A DNA stretch of 64,000 bases from Alphaproteobacteria bacterium (lineage in GTDB: Bacteria; Pseudomonadota; Alphaproteobacteria; Caedimonadales; UBA9215): positions 28,654-92,653 of the forward strand of contig JAACSN010000011.1 in the NCBI GenBank assembly GCA_009993885.1. The letters are read 5' to 3'. The translations under genes and the position numbers were made by a program. Positions within the stretch are counted from its first letter, which is position 1; the number at the start of each line of letters is the position of its first letter. This document shows positions 19,051-29,145 of this stretch, piece after piece. A model generated the notes under the pieces. The model was not told where the DNA came from, did not search any database, and saw only the letters and a program-made list of their open reading frames with translations.

Positions 19051-19485
19051 ATGATTACAAACATGAACTTGCCCGCAGTAGAATCAATGAGCTCTGCAGA
19101 ACTCCTAAGCTTAGCCACTGAAATTTCTTCAGCATATTTTGCTAACAATACTGTTGCTGTTGAAGATATTCCTGCTGTAATTGATCAAGTTTACAAAGCC
19201 CTTGTGAAGCTTTCAACACATGGTGTTGCAAACACAAACCGTCCTGACCCTGCAGTACCTGTTAACCAATCTGTGACAGAAGATTATATTATTTGTCTTG
19301 AAGACGGTAAGCAATTAAAAATGTTGAAACGCCACCTAAAGAGCTCTTACAACATGACGCCTGAACAATATCGTGAGCGTTGGGGTCTTTCAGCCGATTA
19401 TCCGATGGTTGCTCCTAATTATGCTAAAAAGCGCAGCAGCTTGGCCATGCAAATTGGTCTGGGTCGTAAGCGTAAAGCGGCTTAG
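19051..19485 (+). CDS. mucR: Ros/MucR transcriptional regulator
   Basis: PAVPV..SV..DYIICLEDGK.LKMLKRHL and YPMVAPNY...RS.LA..IGLG. Confidence 0.97.
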   Translation: MITNMNLPAVESMSSAELLSLATEISSAYFANNTVAVEDIPAVIDQVYKALVKLSTHGVANTNRPDPAVPVNQSVTEDYIICLEDGKQLKMLKRHLKSSYNMTPEQYRERWGLSADYPMVAPNYAKKRSSLAMQIGLGRKRKAA

Positions 19486-19525
19486 TGAATTAACTGTTTC
19501 GTTATCTTTTCTAAGATAAAAAACT

Positions 19526-19561
19526 AAAACCGGTGTTCTGTTTAGGAGCTCCGGTTTTTTT
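19526..19561 (+). terminator. Intrinsic terminator after mucR
   Basis: AAAACCGG...CCGGTTTTTTT. Confidence 0.7.
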
Positions 19562-19615
19562 ACCCTTGCAGTTTTAAGCTTATCAATGCTAAAAATTCTT
19601 TAAAATAATGACCTT

Positions 19616-21049
19616 ATGGTGACTAAAATGACTACCGGCAAGATAACCTCTGAAACAACAACCGAGACAGAAAAAAAGCAGCTTTATATTAAAACTTATG
19701 GCTGTCAAATGAATGTATACGACAGCAATCGTATGTCTGATATTCTGTTGCCTCTCGGTTTTGAAATGACAGAGGATCTTGAAAAGGCTGATATGGCTAT
19801 TTATAACACGTGCCATATCCGTGAAAAAGCTTCGGAAAAATTGTATTCTGATTTAGGTCGCGTAAAGCCCCATAAAATAAAGCGTGTTGCTCGGGGGGAG
19901 GATATGCTCATTGCCGTTGCAGGGTGTACGGCTCAGGCTGAAGGGGCAGAGGTTATGCGTCGCGCTCCTTATGTCGATATGGTATTTGGCCCCCAGTCCT
20001 ATCAAGAGCTTCCCGAGATGGTTGCAAGAGCCATGCGCACCAAAGAAAAACGCGATAATCCTTTATTGCGCGGTGCCGGTGTGTTGAATGTTGATTTTCC
20101 GGAAAACCCGAAATTTGACACTTTGCCTGAAATGACCAATGTAGAAGGAGCGTCGGCTTTTTTATCCATTCAAGAAGGCTGTGATAAGTTCTGCCACTTT
20201 TGTGTTGTGCCTTATACGCGAGGAGCCGAATACTCAAGGCCTGTTAAAGATGTGTTAAAAGATGCAAGGCGCCTCATCGAATTGGGTGTTAAAGAAGTGA
20301 CGTTGTTGGGACAAAATGTAAATGCCTATCATGGAGAATCTCCAAATGCGGCAGGCCAAGAGTGGAGCCTTGGGCGTTTGATTCAAGAAATTGCAGAATT
20401 TGATGCTTTTGAGATTATTCGCTATATTACATCCCACCCCCGCGATGTGACCCAAGATTTAATAGAGGCTCATCGAGATGTGAAAAAGCTGTCGCCTTAT
20501 TTGCATTTACCCGTACAATCAGGATCAAGTCGTATTTTAAAAGCCATGAATCGTAAACATGATCGCGACTTTTATTTTAAACTTATTGATCGTTTCCGAG
20601 AAGCCCGCCCCGATATTGCTTTTTCATCGGATTTTATTGTTGGTTTTCCGGGGGAAGACGATCGAGATCATAAAGAAACTCTTGATCTTATTCGTCAGGT
20701 GAATTACGCCCAAGCTTATTCCTTTAAATACAGTCGGCGTCCGGGGACACCGGCGTGGGCATCCGAGCAGCAAGTAGACGAAAGTTTAAAAGCAGAGCGT
20801 TTGGCGGAAGTCCAAGCCCTGTTGAATGAGCAGCAAACGGCCTTTAACCAAAAGTGTGTCGGCCAAGAAATGGAAGTCCTTTTTGAACGCAAATCCCGTC
20901 ATGAAGGGCAGCTTTCCGGTCGTAGCCCTTATATGCAGTCGGTTTATGTGCAAGCAAACCCGCGTCTCATTAATACGGTTGTACCTGTTAGGATTATCGG
21001 ATGCGGGAATAATAGTTTGACAGGGGAAGTGGTTCTGCTGGATAATTAA
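19616..21049 (+). CDS. miaB: tRNA methylthiotransferase MiaB
   Basis: TYGCQMNVYDS, NTCHIREKA, the radical SAM motif CDKFCHFC and a TRAM domain. Confidence 0.98.
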   Translation: MVTKMTTGKITSETTTETEKKQLYIKTYGCQMNVYDSNRMSDILLPLGFEMTEDLEKADMAIYNTCHIREKASEKLYSDLGRVKPHKIKRVARGEDMLIAVAGCTAQAEGAEVMRRAPYVDMVFGPQSYQELPEMVARAMRTKEKRDNPLLRGAGVLNVDFPENPKFDTLPEMTNVEGASAFLSIQEGCDKFCHFCVVPYTRGAEYSRPVKDVLKDARRLIELGVKEVTLLGQNVNAYHGESPNAAGQEWSLGRLIQEIAEFDAFEIIRYITSHPRDVTQDLIEAHRDVKKLSPYLHLPVQSGSSRILKAMNRKHDRDFYFKLIDRFREARPDIAFSSDFIVGFPGEDDRDHKETLDLIRQVNYAQAYSFKYSRRPGTPAWASEQQVDESLKAERLAEVQALLNEQQTAFNQKCVGQEMEVLFERKSRHEGQLSGRSPYMQSVYVQANPRLINTVVPVRIIGCGNNSLTGEVVLLDN

Positions 21050-21126
21050 GATATAATCTTATGTTTAACGCCCTTATGATTATAGCAAGTCAAAAAAGGC
21101 TCAGATAGTAGGGAGACTCCGCCTAA

Positions 21127-22152
21127 GTGGGAAAAAAAACAGGTTTTAAAACCCCAAAATCTTCTAATAGTATCCCCGTAGATAAATCCTCTCCTATTGC
21201 GGTTGGTGATAATGTAATTCTGGATATTGAATTTAAAGATAATCGTTTGCTGCCTCTTTTATTCGGCGAACGAGATCGTTATTTACAACGCATTGAAAAT
21301 AATCTGAATATTGTGATTCAAGCCCGAGGGAATCGGGTGACCTTAAGCGGTTGTGCCGAAGGCGTGGCCATTGCGGAGGTTGTTCTGCACAAAATGTACG
21401 AGCGCCTCGAAAACGGGCAAGTCGTTAGTGTCGGGGAAATTGACGCTAATCTTCGTCTTGCAAAACCTGATCATAACGGCAAAACCCAAGTCTCCCACGG
21501 AGGTTTGTCTATTTCAACGCGCCGTAAGGTGATAATGCCGCGCTCCGAGGGACAAATTCAGTACATCAGCCTCTTGCAAAAACATGATTTAACATTTGGT
21601 TTGGGGCCGGCCGGAACGGGAAAGACATACCTTGCGACGGCCATGGCCATTTCGCAGCTTTTAGCAGGGAACGTTGATCGAATTATTATTTCGCGCCCTG
21701 CCGTTGAAGCAGGTGAAAAACTAGGCTTCCTGCCGGGGGATATGAGGGAGAAAGTCGACCCTTATTTGCGACCTCTCTATGATGCAATCTTTGATATGCT
21801 GCCCTCTGATCAAGTTGAACGTCGCCTCGAGAGCGGTGAAATTGAAGTGGCACCTTTGGCGTTTATGAGAGGGCGGACGTTATCGAGGGCTTATGTCATT
21901 TTGGATGAGGCTCAAAATACGACCGTTGAACAAATGAAAATGTTTTTAACACGCCTCGGGGATGATTCTCGGATGATTGTAACCGGTGACCCCAGCCAAG
22001 TTGATCTTCCCAAAGGGGTGAAAAGCGGGTTGGTTGATGCCTTAGAAAAGCTTGAGGGTGTGGAGGGCATTGCTTTCTGTCACCTTAAAGCCGGCGATGT
22101 CATGCGCCATCCCCTTGTTTCTCGTATTGTCAGGGCTTATGATAAAACCTAA
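21127..22152 (+). CDS. phoH: PhoH family ATPase (YbeZ)
   Basis: GPAGTGKT, RPAVEAGEKLGFLPGD, AFMRGRTL and DEAQN. Confidence 0.96.
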   Translation: MGKKTGFKTPKSSNSIPVDKSSPIAVGDNVILDIEFKDNRLLPLLFGERDRYLQRIENNLNIVIQARGNRVTLSGCAEGVAIAEVVLHKMYERLENGQVVSVGEIDANLRLAKPDHNGKTQVSHGGLSISTRRKVIMPRSEGQIQYISLLQKHDLTFGLGPAGTGKTYLATAMAISQLLAGNVDRIIISRPAVEAGEKLGFLPGDMREKVDPYLRPLYDAIFDMLPSDQVERRLESGEIEVAPLAFMRGRTLSRAYVILDEAQNTTVEQMKMFLTRLGDDSRMIVTGDPSQVDLPKGVKSGLVDALEKLEGVEGIAFCHLKAGDVMRHPLVSRIVRAYDKT

Positions 22153-22269
22153 GCTGGCTTGTAGAGGATTTGAGCGCGTAAGATCATGGCAGTTAACCTT
22201 AAAATCGCTCTTATGAGACGGGGCTTTTTTTTGTGAAAAAATTCTATAATATGGAATTGTCTTAAGTAA

Positions 22270-23181
22270 ATGAGTTTCTCTATGTTTTCTTTATCTGCTC
22301 TTCAAGAAAGACGCTTGCAAGCGTATATCGAACTCTCGAGATTTGATAAACCCGTCGGAGCGTGGCTTGTGCTCTTCCCGGCCTTATGGGGACTCACCCT
22401 TGCCCACCAAGGAATGCCGCCGCTGCCGGATATACTCCTTTTTACCGTTGGGGCTTTTTTGATAAGAGGTGCCGGGTGTACGATCAATGATCTTTTAGAT
22501 CGAAATCTTGATCCTTATGTTGAGCGTACAAAAAATAGACCCTTGGCAAGAGGCGCTTTGACAATAGGCGAAGGGATTGCTTATTTTATAGGGCAGCTCA
22601 CGGCGGCTTCAATTTTATTGTTCTTTATGCCGGTTGAGGTATTTTATCTTGCTTTGGGGGCTGTTGCTTTGATGTTCTTTTATCCTCTTTTAAAGAGGGT
22701 GACTTATTGGCCTCAATTATTTTTAGGTCTGTGTATGAATTATTCCATGCTTATGGCCTATGCGTATGTCACAAAAGGTTTAGACTTTTCTTCCGATGTG
22801 TTGGTTCTTTATGTCGGGTCTGTTTTTTGGACTCTGGCTTATGATACGATTTATGCTCACCAAGACCGGAAAGATGATATTAAAGTCGGTATAAAATCTT
22901 CGGCTCTCTCAATATTCGGGGAGAGTAAATTCTTTTTGGCTCTTTGTTATTCTTTGTTTTTAGCGGCTCTTGCCTTTAGTATTGTACAAAGAAAAGACCT
23001 AAGTTTGTTGCACTTAGGCTTTTTAACGGGTCTTTTAACCTTTCCGGCTATTTTGCTGTTCTATCAATTAGTGTTGACGGATTTTCATACCCCCAAGAAG
23101 TGCCTGCAGGCTTTTAAACTTAATCAAGGGGTCGGATTGGTTGTTTTAGTGGTCCTTTTGATTGTTTTCAGAGGAGCCTGA
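22270..23181 (+). CDS. ubiA: 4-hydroxybenzoate polyprenyltransferase
   Basis: RFDKPVG, GCTINDLLDR.LD..VERT..RP and YDTIYAHQD. Confidence 0.96.
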   Translation: MSFSMFSLSALQERRLQAYIELSRFDKPVGAWLVLFPALWGLTLAHQGMPPLPDILLFTVGAFLIRGAGCTINDLLDRNLDPYVERTKNRPLARGALTIGEGIAYFIGQLTAASILLFFMPVEVFYLALGAVALMFFYPLLKRVTYWPQLFLGLCMNYSMLMAYAYVTKGLDFSSDVLVLYVGSVFWTLAYDTIYAHQDRKDDIKVGIKSSALSIFGESKFFLALCYSLFLAALAFSIVQRKDLSLLHLGFLTGLLTFPAILLFYQLVLTDFHTPKKCLQAFKLNQGVGLVVLVVLLIVFRGA

Positions 23182-24363
23182 CCGGAAATATCGTTCTTCA
23201 GAAGTGCCATCTTCATCATCTAAACCTGAAGAAAGACCGTCTTCTTCTTGTTCTTTGAGTTCTCCGTCACTAGAGGAAATCGGTTTATAGGGTGTGCCGT
23301 CGATACTTGCGGTCAAAGAGGCTGAATCGGGGTTGGTATCATACCCGCTATCCGTATCTGATGATCCTCTTAAGAATGCATAACGTCGAGATTCTTGGGC
23401 GCGTCGAATTTCTTCTTGAACTTCCAAAAATCTCACCCAAAGTTTGTACTCCTCGGCAACCTTTTCAGGGGTAATGACTTTCTTAAAGAAATCATATTGT
23501 ATGGCTATAATTCTTGTATCGGGAGAAAGCCCGTGCTTTACGAGGTTATCCGGTGTCATACCTTCCAAGAACGATTTGCAGGCGGTCGGTGCATTATCGA
23601 TTAAGATAATCGTATCGATATCAGAAGGCACACGGGTTGGAGCTTCGGATGTACCGGCGTCTAATGGATCGCCAAACGGGACGCCTGTTGTTAAATCTTG
23701 GAGAATGCGTACGTGTTTTCCTCTCGGCGCATAGAGGTAATCACCGGTTTCACGAATTCCATAGTGATACTCTTTCAAAGAACATGTTTTGAAACCTAGG
23801 GTTTCTTGATATGTTTCAAAAAAAGATATTTTATTAAAGGTGAGTTGCAGGCCTGAGCAAATTTTGAGGAGGCTATGACGCGTTCTTGCAACACTCAAAA
23901 AAGCTGCAAGAGAATCGGGTTCAAGGGGCACTGCTTCTAAGTGACGCCACGGTTGATCATTCCACGTGCAAACGTCAAAGTTGGCTTGTCGGATGATTGC
24001 CTTGTATTTACAAAGGGGAATTCCGTCATTTTCTTTATGTAAAAGGGTTGCTGCAGCTTCTAAAACATCAGTGTAGGTTCTTGCCAAATCAGGGCAACAA
24101 AGAAATTTTAAGGGAGGTAAATCGCCCTCAACTTCAGGGTTGATGTTAAAACGAGCTCCGCCAACGGTCTCATCATTATCGATATAGAGAGCCGTATTAG
24201 GTCCAAGTTTAATGCCGTTTTTTTCCGGGGAAGGCAACAACTCTTCCATGGAGTTAACGGTAAAAAAAGAAGCGCTGCGCTCAGAAGCAAAAGATTCAGT
24301 TATGGAGAGCGAAAAAAGAATGCTGAAAAAAAGATTTTTTAGAAAAGAGGGTGTTTGAATCAT
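23146..24363 (-). CDS. Secreted hypothetical protein with HAD-like motifs and an acidic low-complexity tail
   Basis: Signal peptide ending SFA-S, LYIDNDETV (DxDxT), IILIDN and an S/D/E-rich C-terminus. Confidence 0.7.
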   Translation of the reverse strand: MIQTPSFLKNLFFSILFSLSITESFASERSASFFTVNSMEELLPSPEKNGIKLGPNTALYIDNDETVGGARFNINPEVEGDLPPLKFLCCPDLARTYTDVLEAAATLLHKENDGIPLCKYKAIIRQANFDVCTWNDQPWRHLEAVPLEPDSLAAFLSVARTRHSLLKICSGLQLTFNKISFFETYQETLGFKTCSLKEYHYGIRETGDYLYAPRGKHVRILQDLTTGVPFGDPLDAGTSEAPTRVPSDIDTIILIDNAPTACKSFLEGMTPDNLVKHGLSPDTRIIAIQYDFFKKVITPEKVAEEYKLWVRFLEVQEEIRRAQESRRYAFLRGSSDTDSGYDTNPDSASLTASIDGTPYKPISSSDGELKEQEEDGLSSGLDDEDGTSEERYFRSGSSENNQKDH

Positions 24364-24408
24364 GATTTAAGCCTGTGCTGTTAATAAATATACTGCTAAC
24401 AAAAGGGA

Positions 24409-25716
24409 TTAATCGAGTTCAAAAACCGTCCTTATGTATTTGACCTTTAAAATAAGATGAGTCAGTGCCCAAGAACTTGATATTCCTACTACGGCTACAA
24501 TGGCAAACTTAAAAAAGATGATCAAGTCAAAATCTGTCAGAAAGAACTGCCCCCAAATAACAAGGGGATCGTGGAATATAAATATCCCCCAACAACAGGC
24601 TGCTGCACTTGTCCATATTTTTGTCCGGAAATCATTGGGGTTTGAGGATGTACTTTGAGCACTCAAGAAAGTCATCAGAGTTATGACTTGGAAAAAGGCA
24701 AGGGCTCCCAAGAGAGAGGTTCTAATTAAAATAGCGGGGGCAACCTGCGGTAGGAGAGCAAAGGCGTCGCTCCAAGCTCGGAGTGTTTCATCACCTTCAC
24801 GCAGAGTTTTATAAAAAGAATAGTCAAAAGCGCCGTCGGCAAAGTAAAAATGAGAATAAAGCACATAGGCTAAGCCTATAACGAGGGTAATTCCGAGAAA
24901 GGAAAAACGCTTACTTTCAAAATTTGTCCGGTACTTTGACTGTTCCCAAGCTTTAGAGTGCATAAAGGCAGCTCCCAAAGCAAAATACACAAAATTCATA
25001 AGAAATTTAGAGGCTTGGAGAGAAAAGAGTTCTCCGTGAAGGACGTCGGGCAAGATGTTTCTTAGGCCAATCCACCACGGTGCGCCCCAACGAAGGTCAC
25101 TAAGTCCGTAAACAATCATGGAAAAGAGAATGAAAGAAGTGAAGGCTTTTGCAGGTGAAGAGACGGCTTTAGAAATAGCGTGTGCCGTCCAAGGAATCAG
25201 TTTAGGGAATAGCTTGTTGAGCAGAAGAAGCATAATCGTATAGAGAATAACGGCATACATAACCCAATAGGGACCGGCTTGGAGTTTTTCGCTAAAGAAA
25301 ATGTCTTTCCAGTACTCAAGGTAGGTCGGGGAAGGATTCTCATATTCATGAAATTTAGGGTAGCTTAAGAGGGGAACAACCAAAGGAATACCTATCATGA
25401 AGGGGAGGATATGCTTAACAAAGCGATCTTGCCAAAAGCACTTCCATCCTAATGCCGCACTCTTTGGGAGGACATAAGCCCCAAAGGTAAAAAAGAGAAC
25501 GGGCATAACGGCTGCTTGATTAAAGAGATAAAGAGCGTCAAAAACGTAAGAGCGATCATAGTCTCGATAAAACCAATAACGTCCCCAGTTTGCCGCATAG
25601 GCATGCAAGCTATGGTCGACAGCCATCAATAAAAAGATAAAGCCCCGCATGTGATCAATAAAGGGAACACGGACAAGGAGACTCTTTGAGGGGGATGATT
25701 TTGTGAGTGTCGTCAT
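24409..25716 (-). CDS. Acyltransferase-3 family (OpgC/OafA-like) membrane acyltransferase
   Basis: FIDHMRG...DH, MPVLFF, GPYW and GIFIFH, with many TM segments. Confidence 0.85.
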   Translation of the reverse strand: MTTLTKSSPSKSLLVRVPFIDHMRGFIFLLMAVDHSLHAYAANWGRYWFYRDYDRSYVFDALYLFNQAAVMPVLFFTFGAYVLPKSAALGWKCFWQDRFVKHILPFMIGIPLVVPLLSYPKFHEYENPSPTYLEYWKDIFFSEKLQAGPYWVMYAVILYTIMLLLLNKLFPKLIPWTAHAISKAVSSPAKAFTSFILFSMIVYGLSDLRWGAPWWIGLRNILPDVLHGELFSLQASKFLMNFVYFALGAAFMHSKAWEQSKYRTNFESKRFSFLGITLVIGLAYVLYSHFYFADGAFDYSFYKTLREGDETLRAWSDAFALLPQVAPAILIRTSLLGALAFFQVITLMTFLSAQSTSSNPNDFRTKIWTSAAACCWGIFIFHDPLVIWGQFFLTDFDLIIFFKFAIVAVVGISSSWALTHLILKVKYIRTVFELD

Positions 25717-25718
25717 TT

Positions 25719-26939
25719 TTAGAGTACCTTCTTAAATCCGGGCCAATCTTTAATGAAATGAGTCAGCGCCCAAGATAGGGCGGTTCCTAGGCTTGCAACC
25801 ACACCAAATTTTATATATTCACTAATATCGGCATGATAAAAAAGAGAGCCGATCCACATTACAAGGGGCTCGTGAAAGATATATATTCCGAAAGAACAAG
25901 CTGCAAGGGATTGCCATTTTGGCAAAGGCTTGTCGAGAAAATGTCTAAAGAGAGAAATATACATTACGATAAGAGAGCACATAAAAAGCGCCAAGAGCGT
26001 TGTGCGCATAAAAATAGGGCCGCCATAAGCTTGGATAACGGGCCATACGTCTGCCCATGTCCCGCCAAAATGGAAATGGCGCAGGATCTCGGTGCTATAA
26101 GCGCCTTCATAGAAATTGATAAGGGCGAAACTTATGTAAGCCGTGCCTGATAACACGGCGAGAATCGACCAAGATTTCCAAGAATTTCCTATACGGGTTA
26201 AAACGTCTTGATTCTTTGAAATACCGGCATAGGCAAAGCCGGCGCCTAGGAAAAACAAAAAGCCTTTCATGAGAAAACGCGCCCCTCTGATATAAAAAAC
26301 TTTCCAAAAACCGATCCAATATTGAGCTCCCCAAATCATTTCACTTACCCCGATGATGAGGGCTCCAAGCATAAAGAAGCTGATAAATCCTTTGAAAGGG
26401 TTGTTCACAAGCCATTTTGCAAAGGATCCCATGACTCTCATAAAAGAGGGAATAAAGGTATGGACGGTGACGAGAAGGAGCGTTAACACGGCAAGGTAAT
26501 AGAGGAACCAAAAACCGCTGGAAGAGATGTCACTGAAAAAGAAAGTGTTTGCCCAGTAATCAAAGAAGCCTTGGTCTATGTTGTGTTTTAGCATATTGGA
26601 GATATATTTTTGAGGCGGAACCAAAAGGGCTGTTCCTAAAACAAAAGGTATCACAAGACGATAAAATTTTTCTTTCGCAAAGCTTAGCCATCCTCGGCGT
26701 TGAAGGGACGGTAAAATAAAAAGTCCGGCTAGGAAATAAAGTAAGGGCATCATAATGACATCGTTATGCATATGCCAGATATCAAAAAAGAGTGTGCCGC
26801 CAAAATCGCCGAAATAATGAACCTTTTTAAAATGGGGGGAATAGGGGTGCATGGCGTGGTCAAAAACCACATATAAAACGAGGAGCCCTCTTAGATAATC
26901 TATAAAATAGATGCGTTTTTTTTCTCTTTCGGCGTTCAT
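25719..26939 (-). CDS. Acyltransferase-3 family membrane acyltransferase (paralogue)
   Basis: RIYFIDYLRG..V..DH, MPLLYFLAG, RLVIP, FWFL and SFGIYIFH. Confidence 0.88.
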   Translation of the reverse strand: MNAEREKKRIYFIDYLRGLLVLYVVFDHAMHPYSPHFKKVHYFGDFGGTLFFDIWHMHNDVIMMPLLYFLAGLFILPSLQRRGWLSFAKEKFYRLVIPFVLGTALLVPPQKYISNMLKHNIDQGFFDYWANTFFFSDISSSGFWFLYYLAVLTLLLVTVHTFIPSFMRVMGSFAKWLVNNPFKGFISFFMLGALIIGVSEMIWGAQYWIGFWKVFYIRGARFLMKGFLFFLGAGFAYAGISKNQDVLTRIGNSWKSWSILAVLSGTAYISFALINFYEGAYSTEILRHFHFGGTWADVWPVIQAYGGPIFMRTTLLALFMCSLIVMYISLFRHFLDKPLPKWQSLAACSFGIYIFHEPLVMWIGSLFYHADISEYIKFGVVASLGTALSWALTHFIKDWPGFKKVL

Positions 26940-26952
26940 TTGAAAAAAACCT

Positions 26953-26967
26953 TTAACGTTTCGTTAA
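26953..26967. promoter_or_regulatory. Perfect CtrA-type box TTAA-N7-TTAA
   Basis: TTAACGTTTCGTTAA in the short divergent intergenic region. Confidence 0.55.
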
Positions 26968-26997
26968 TATTGGTTTCTAATAGTAACATAAGGACAT

Positions 26998-29145
26998 TTG
27001 AAAACAGAGAGGTCATTTGTGCAAAAAATTCTGCTGGTCGATGATCGGCAAGTAAATATAGATCGTCTGTCTCGTCATCTTTCTAAATTTTTTAAGTGTG
27101 AGTTAGAGGTATTTTTCAGTCCTCTTCAAGCCCTTGAATGGTCGGGACACAATGAGTTTGATTTAGCACTTATTGAGTATCGTATGACAGAGCTTTCGGG
27201 CATTGAACTTGTGAGAGCTATTCGTCGTCAAAAATGTCACCAAAGCGTCCCCTTAGTCCTTGTAACCTCTGAAAGCGATAAAGCTATTGTGTCGGATGCT
27301 TTTGATGCAGGAATTTCCGATTATTTAATGTCACCTTACGGGCACTCCGAACTTATTGCTCGGGTTCAAAATTTATTAACACTCCGTAAAGCAACGTTAA
27401 AGCTACAAGCTGAAAAACGAGACCTCAATGAGCTGGTACAAAAAGCTACGATTGATCTTCAGGAAAGTGAGCAACGTTTTCGCCTTGCCCTTGAGGGGAC
27501 TCGGGACGGTATTTGGGATTGGGATCTTAGAACAGGAGAGATTTTTTATTCGTCTAACTGGTGTAAAATGTTGGGTTATGATAAAGAAGAGATTCCGACA
27601 TTACCGGCTTTTTGGATGGCTCGTGTTCATCCTGACGATTCCTATGTCTTAGCTTCGGCTATTGATAATCACGTAATGGGTAAAAGTGATGTTATCGATT
27701 GTGAATATCGAATAAAACATCGAAAGAAATATGATATTTGGGTTCATACAAAAGGAAAAGCTGTGCGTGACAGTCATGGGACGGCTATTCGTATTGTCGG
27801 AGCCCAGTGTGATATTAGCGATCTGAAAGAAATTCAGAACAAACTGACGCATAATGCGCTTCATGATACCTTAACCGGTTTGCCCAATAGGTCGCTTTTT
27901 AACGAGCGTCTTAATCAGGCTTTTTTACGTTTTAAACGTAATAAACAAGATAGGTTTGCCGTTCTTTTTGTGGATTTGGATCATTTCAAAGATATTAACG
28001 ATACCTATGGTCACGGAGCAGGGGATAAAATCCTTGTGGAGGTAACTAATGTTTTAAAACGGTGTACCCGTGAGGTTGATACCGTTGCCAGAATAGGCGG
28101 GGATGAATTCGTTATTTTGCTTGAAGAAACAGGAACCGAAGCAGAAGCACAAGTTTATATTGATCGCCTTTATGAGGAAGCGAAATTTCCCGTTTCTATT
28201 GTAGGTAGCAATATTCAAGTTTCTTTAAGTATCGGTTCTGCCTTTGTTCACCATTCCCATACGACTCATGAATCTGTTTTAAAGGAAGCAGATGTAGCTC
28301 TTTATCAAGCAAAGGAGAAAGGGAGAGGCTGCTCTGTTTTTTATCGACGAGATATGGGAGAAATCTCGCCTCGGCTTCGTGAAATAAAGGCGTCCCTTGG
28401 GAGCGCTTTGTCCAATGCGGAAATTATGATTTATTACCAGCCGATTGTTTGTTTGAAAACTCAAGAACACCTTGGGTATGAAGCCCTATTGCGTTGGCAT
28501 CATCCTACTATGGGGATAATTGACCCTGAGGATTTTATCCCTGTTGCTGAAAAGGATCATACCATTGTGCGCCTTGGCACTTTTGTGATGGAAGGTGCTG
28601 TAGCCCAATTAGCGAAATGGCAGAAAAAATATAAAAAACCCGACTTATTTATGTGCATTAATGTGACCTCAGCCCAAGTCTTTCAGGAGGGTTATTTTGA
28701 TTTGTTGCAAAAAACATGTGCCGGAGTAAATATTGTACCCGATAAAATTGTTTTGGAATTTTCCGAAATTTCTCTCGCAGAGATCTATAAATGGAACAGT
28801 TCTATTTTTGCTGAAATGAAAAAGGAAGGTTTTCATATTGCCTTAGATGATTACGGTGAAGGGCGTGCTTCGATTCGCAGCTTGGTTGATTATCAAATGG
28901 ATTTCCTGAAGATTGATCGCAGCCTTAGTCTTGAGGCTTTAAGTGACGAAAGGAAGCGTCGCTTGTTTGAATTGATGATTCATTTAGGCCTTGAAAGCCA
29001 GTTTCAAATTGTGGTTGAAGGGATCCAAACACCGGAAATTCTTAAATATGTTATCGGAAGTAAGGCTCAAATGGGGCAAGGCTATCTTTTTTCAAGGCCC
29101 TGTCCTCCTCAACAAATTGAAGCGTTACTTAAAAAACAAGCTTGA
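26998..29145 (+). CDS. REC-PAS-GGDEF-EAL c-di-GMP enzyme
   Basis: ILLVDD receiver, DGIWDWD PAS, HDTLTGLPNR, REVD I-site plus GGDEF, YEALLRW and QGYLFSRP. The real start is probably GTG 27019. Confidence 0.95.
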   Translation: MKTERSFVQKILLVDDRQVNIDRLSRHLSKFFKCELEVFFSPLQALEWSGHNEFDLALIEYRMTELSGIELVRAIRRQKCHQSVPLVLVTSESDKAIVSDAFDAGISDYLMSPYGHSELIARVQNLLTLRKATLKLQAEKRDLNELVQKATIDLQESEQRFRLALEGTRDGIWDWDLRTGEIFYSSNWCKMLGYDKEEIPTLPAFWMARVHPDDSYVLASAIDNHVMGKSDVIDCEYRIKHRKKYDIWVHTKGKAVRDSHGTAIRIVGAQCDISDLKEIQNKLTHNALHDTLTGLPNRSLFNERLNQAFLRFKRNKQDRFAVLFVDLDHFKDINDTYGHGAGDKILVEVTNVLKRCTREVDTVARIGGDEFVILLEETGTEAEAQVYIDRLYEEAKFPVSIVGSNIQVSLSIGSAFVHHSHTTHESVLKEADVALYQAKEKGRGCSVFYRRDMGEISPRLREIKASLGSALSNAEIMIYYQPIVCLKTQEHLGYEALLRWHHPTMGIIDPEDFIPVAEKDHTIVRLGTFVMEGAVAQLAKWQKKYKKPDLFMCINVTSAQVFQEGYFDLLQKTCAGVNIVPDKIVLEFSEISLAEIYKWNSSIFAEMKKEGFHIALDDYGEGRASIRSLVDYQMDFLKIDRSLSLEALSDERKRRLFELMIHLGLESQFQIVVEGIQTPEILKYVIGSKAQMGQGYLFSRPCPPQQIEALLKKQA

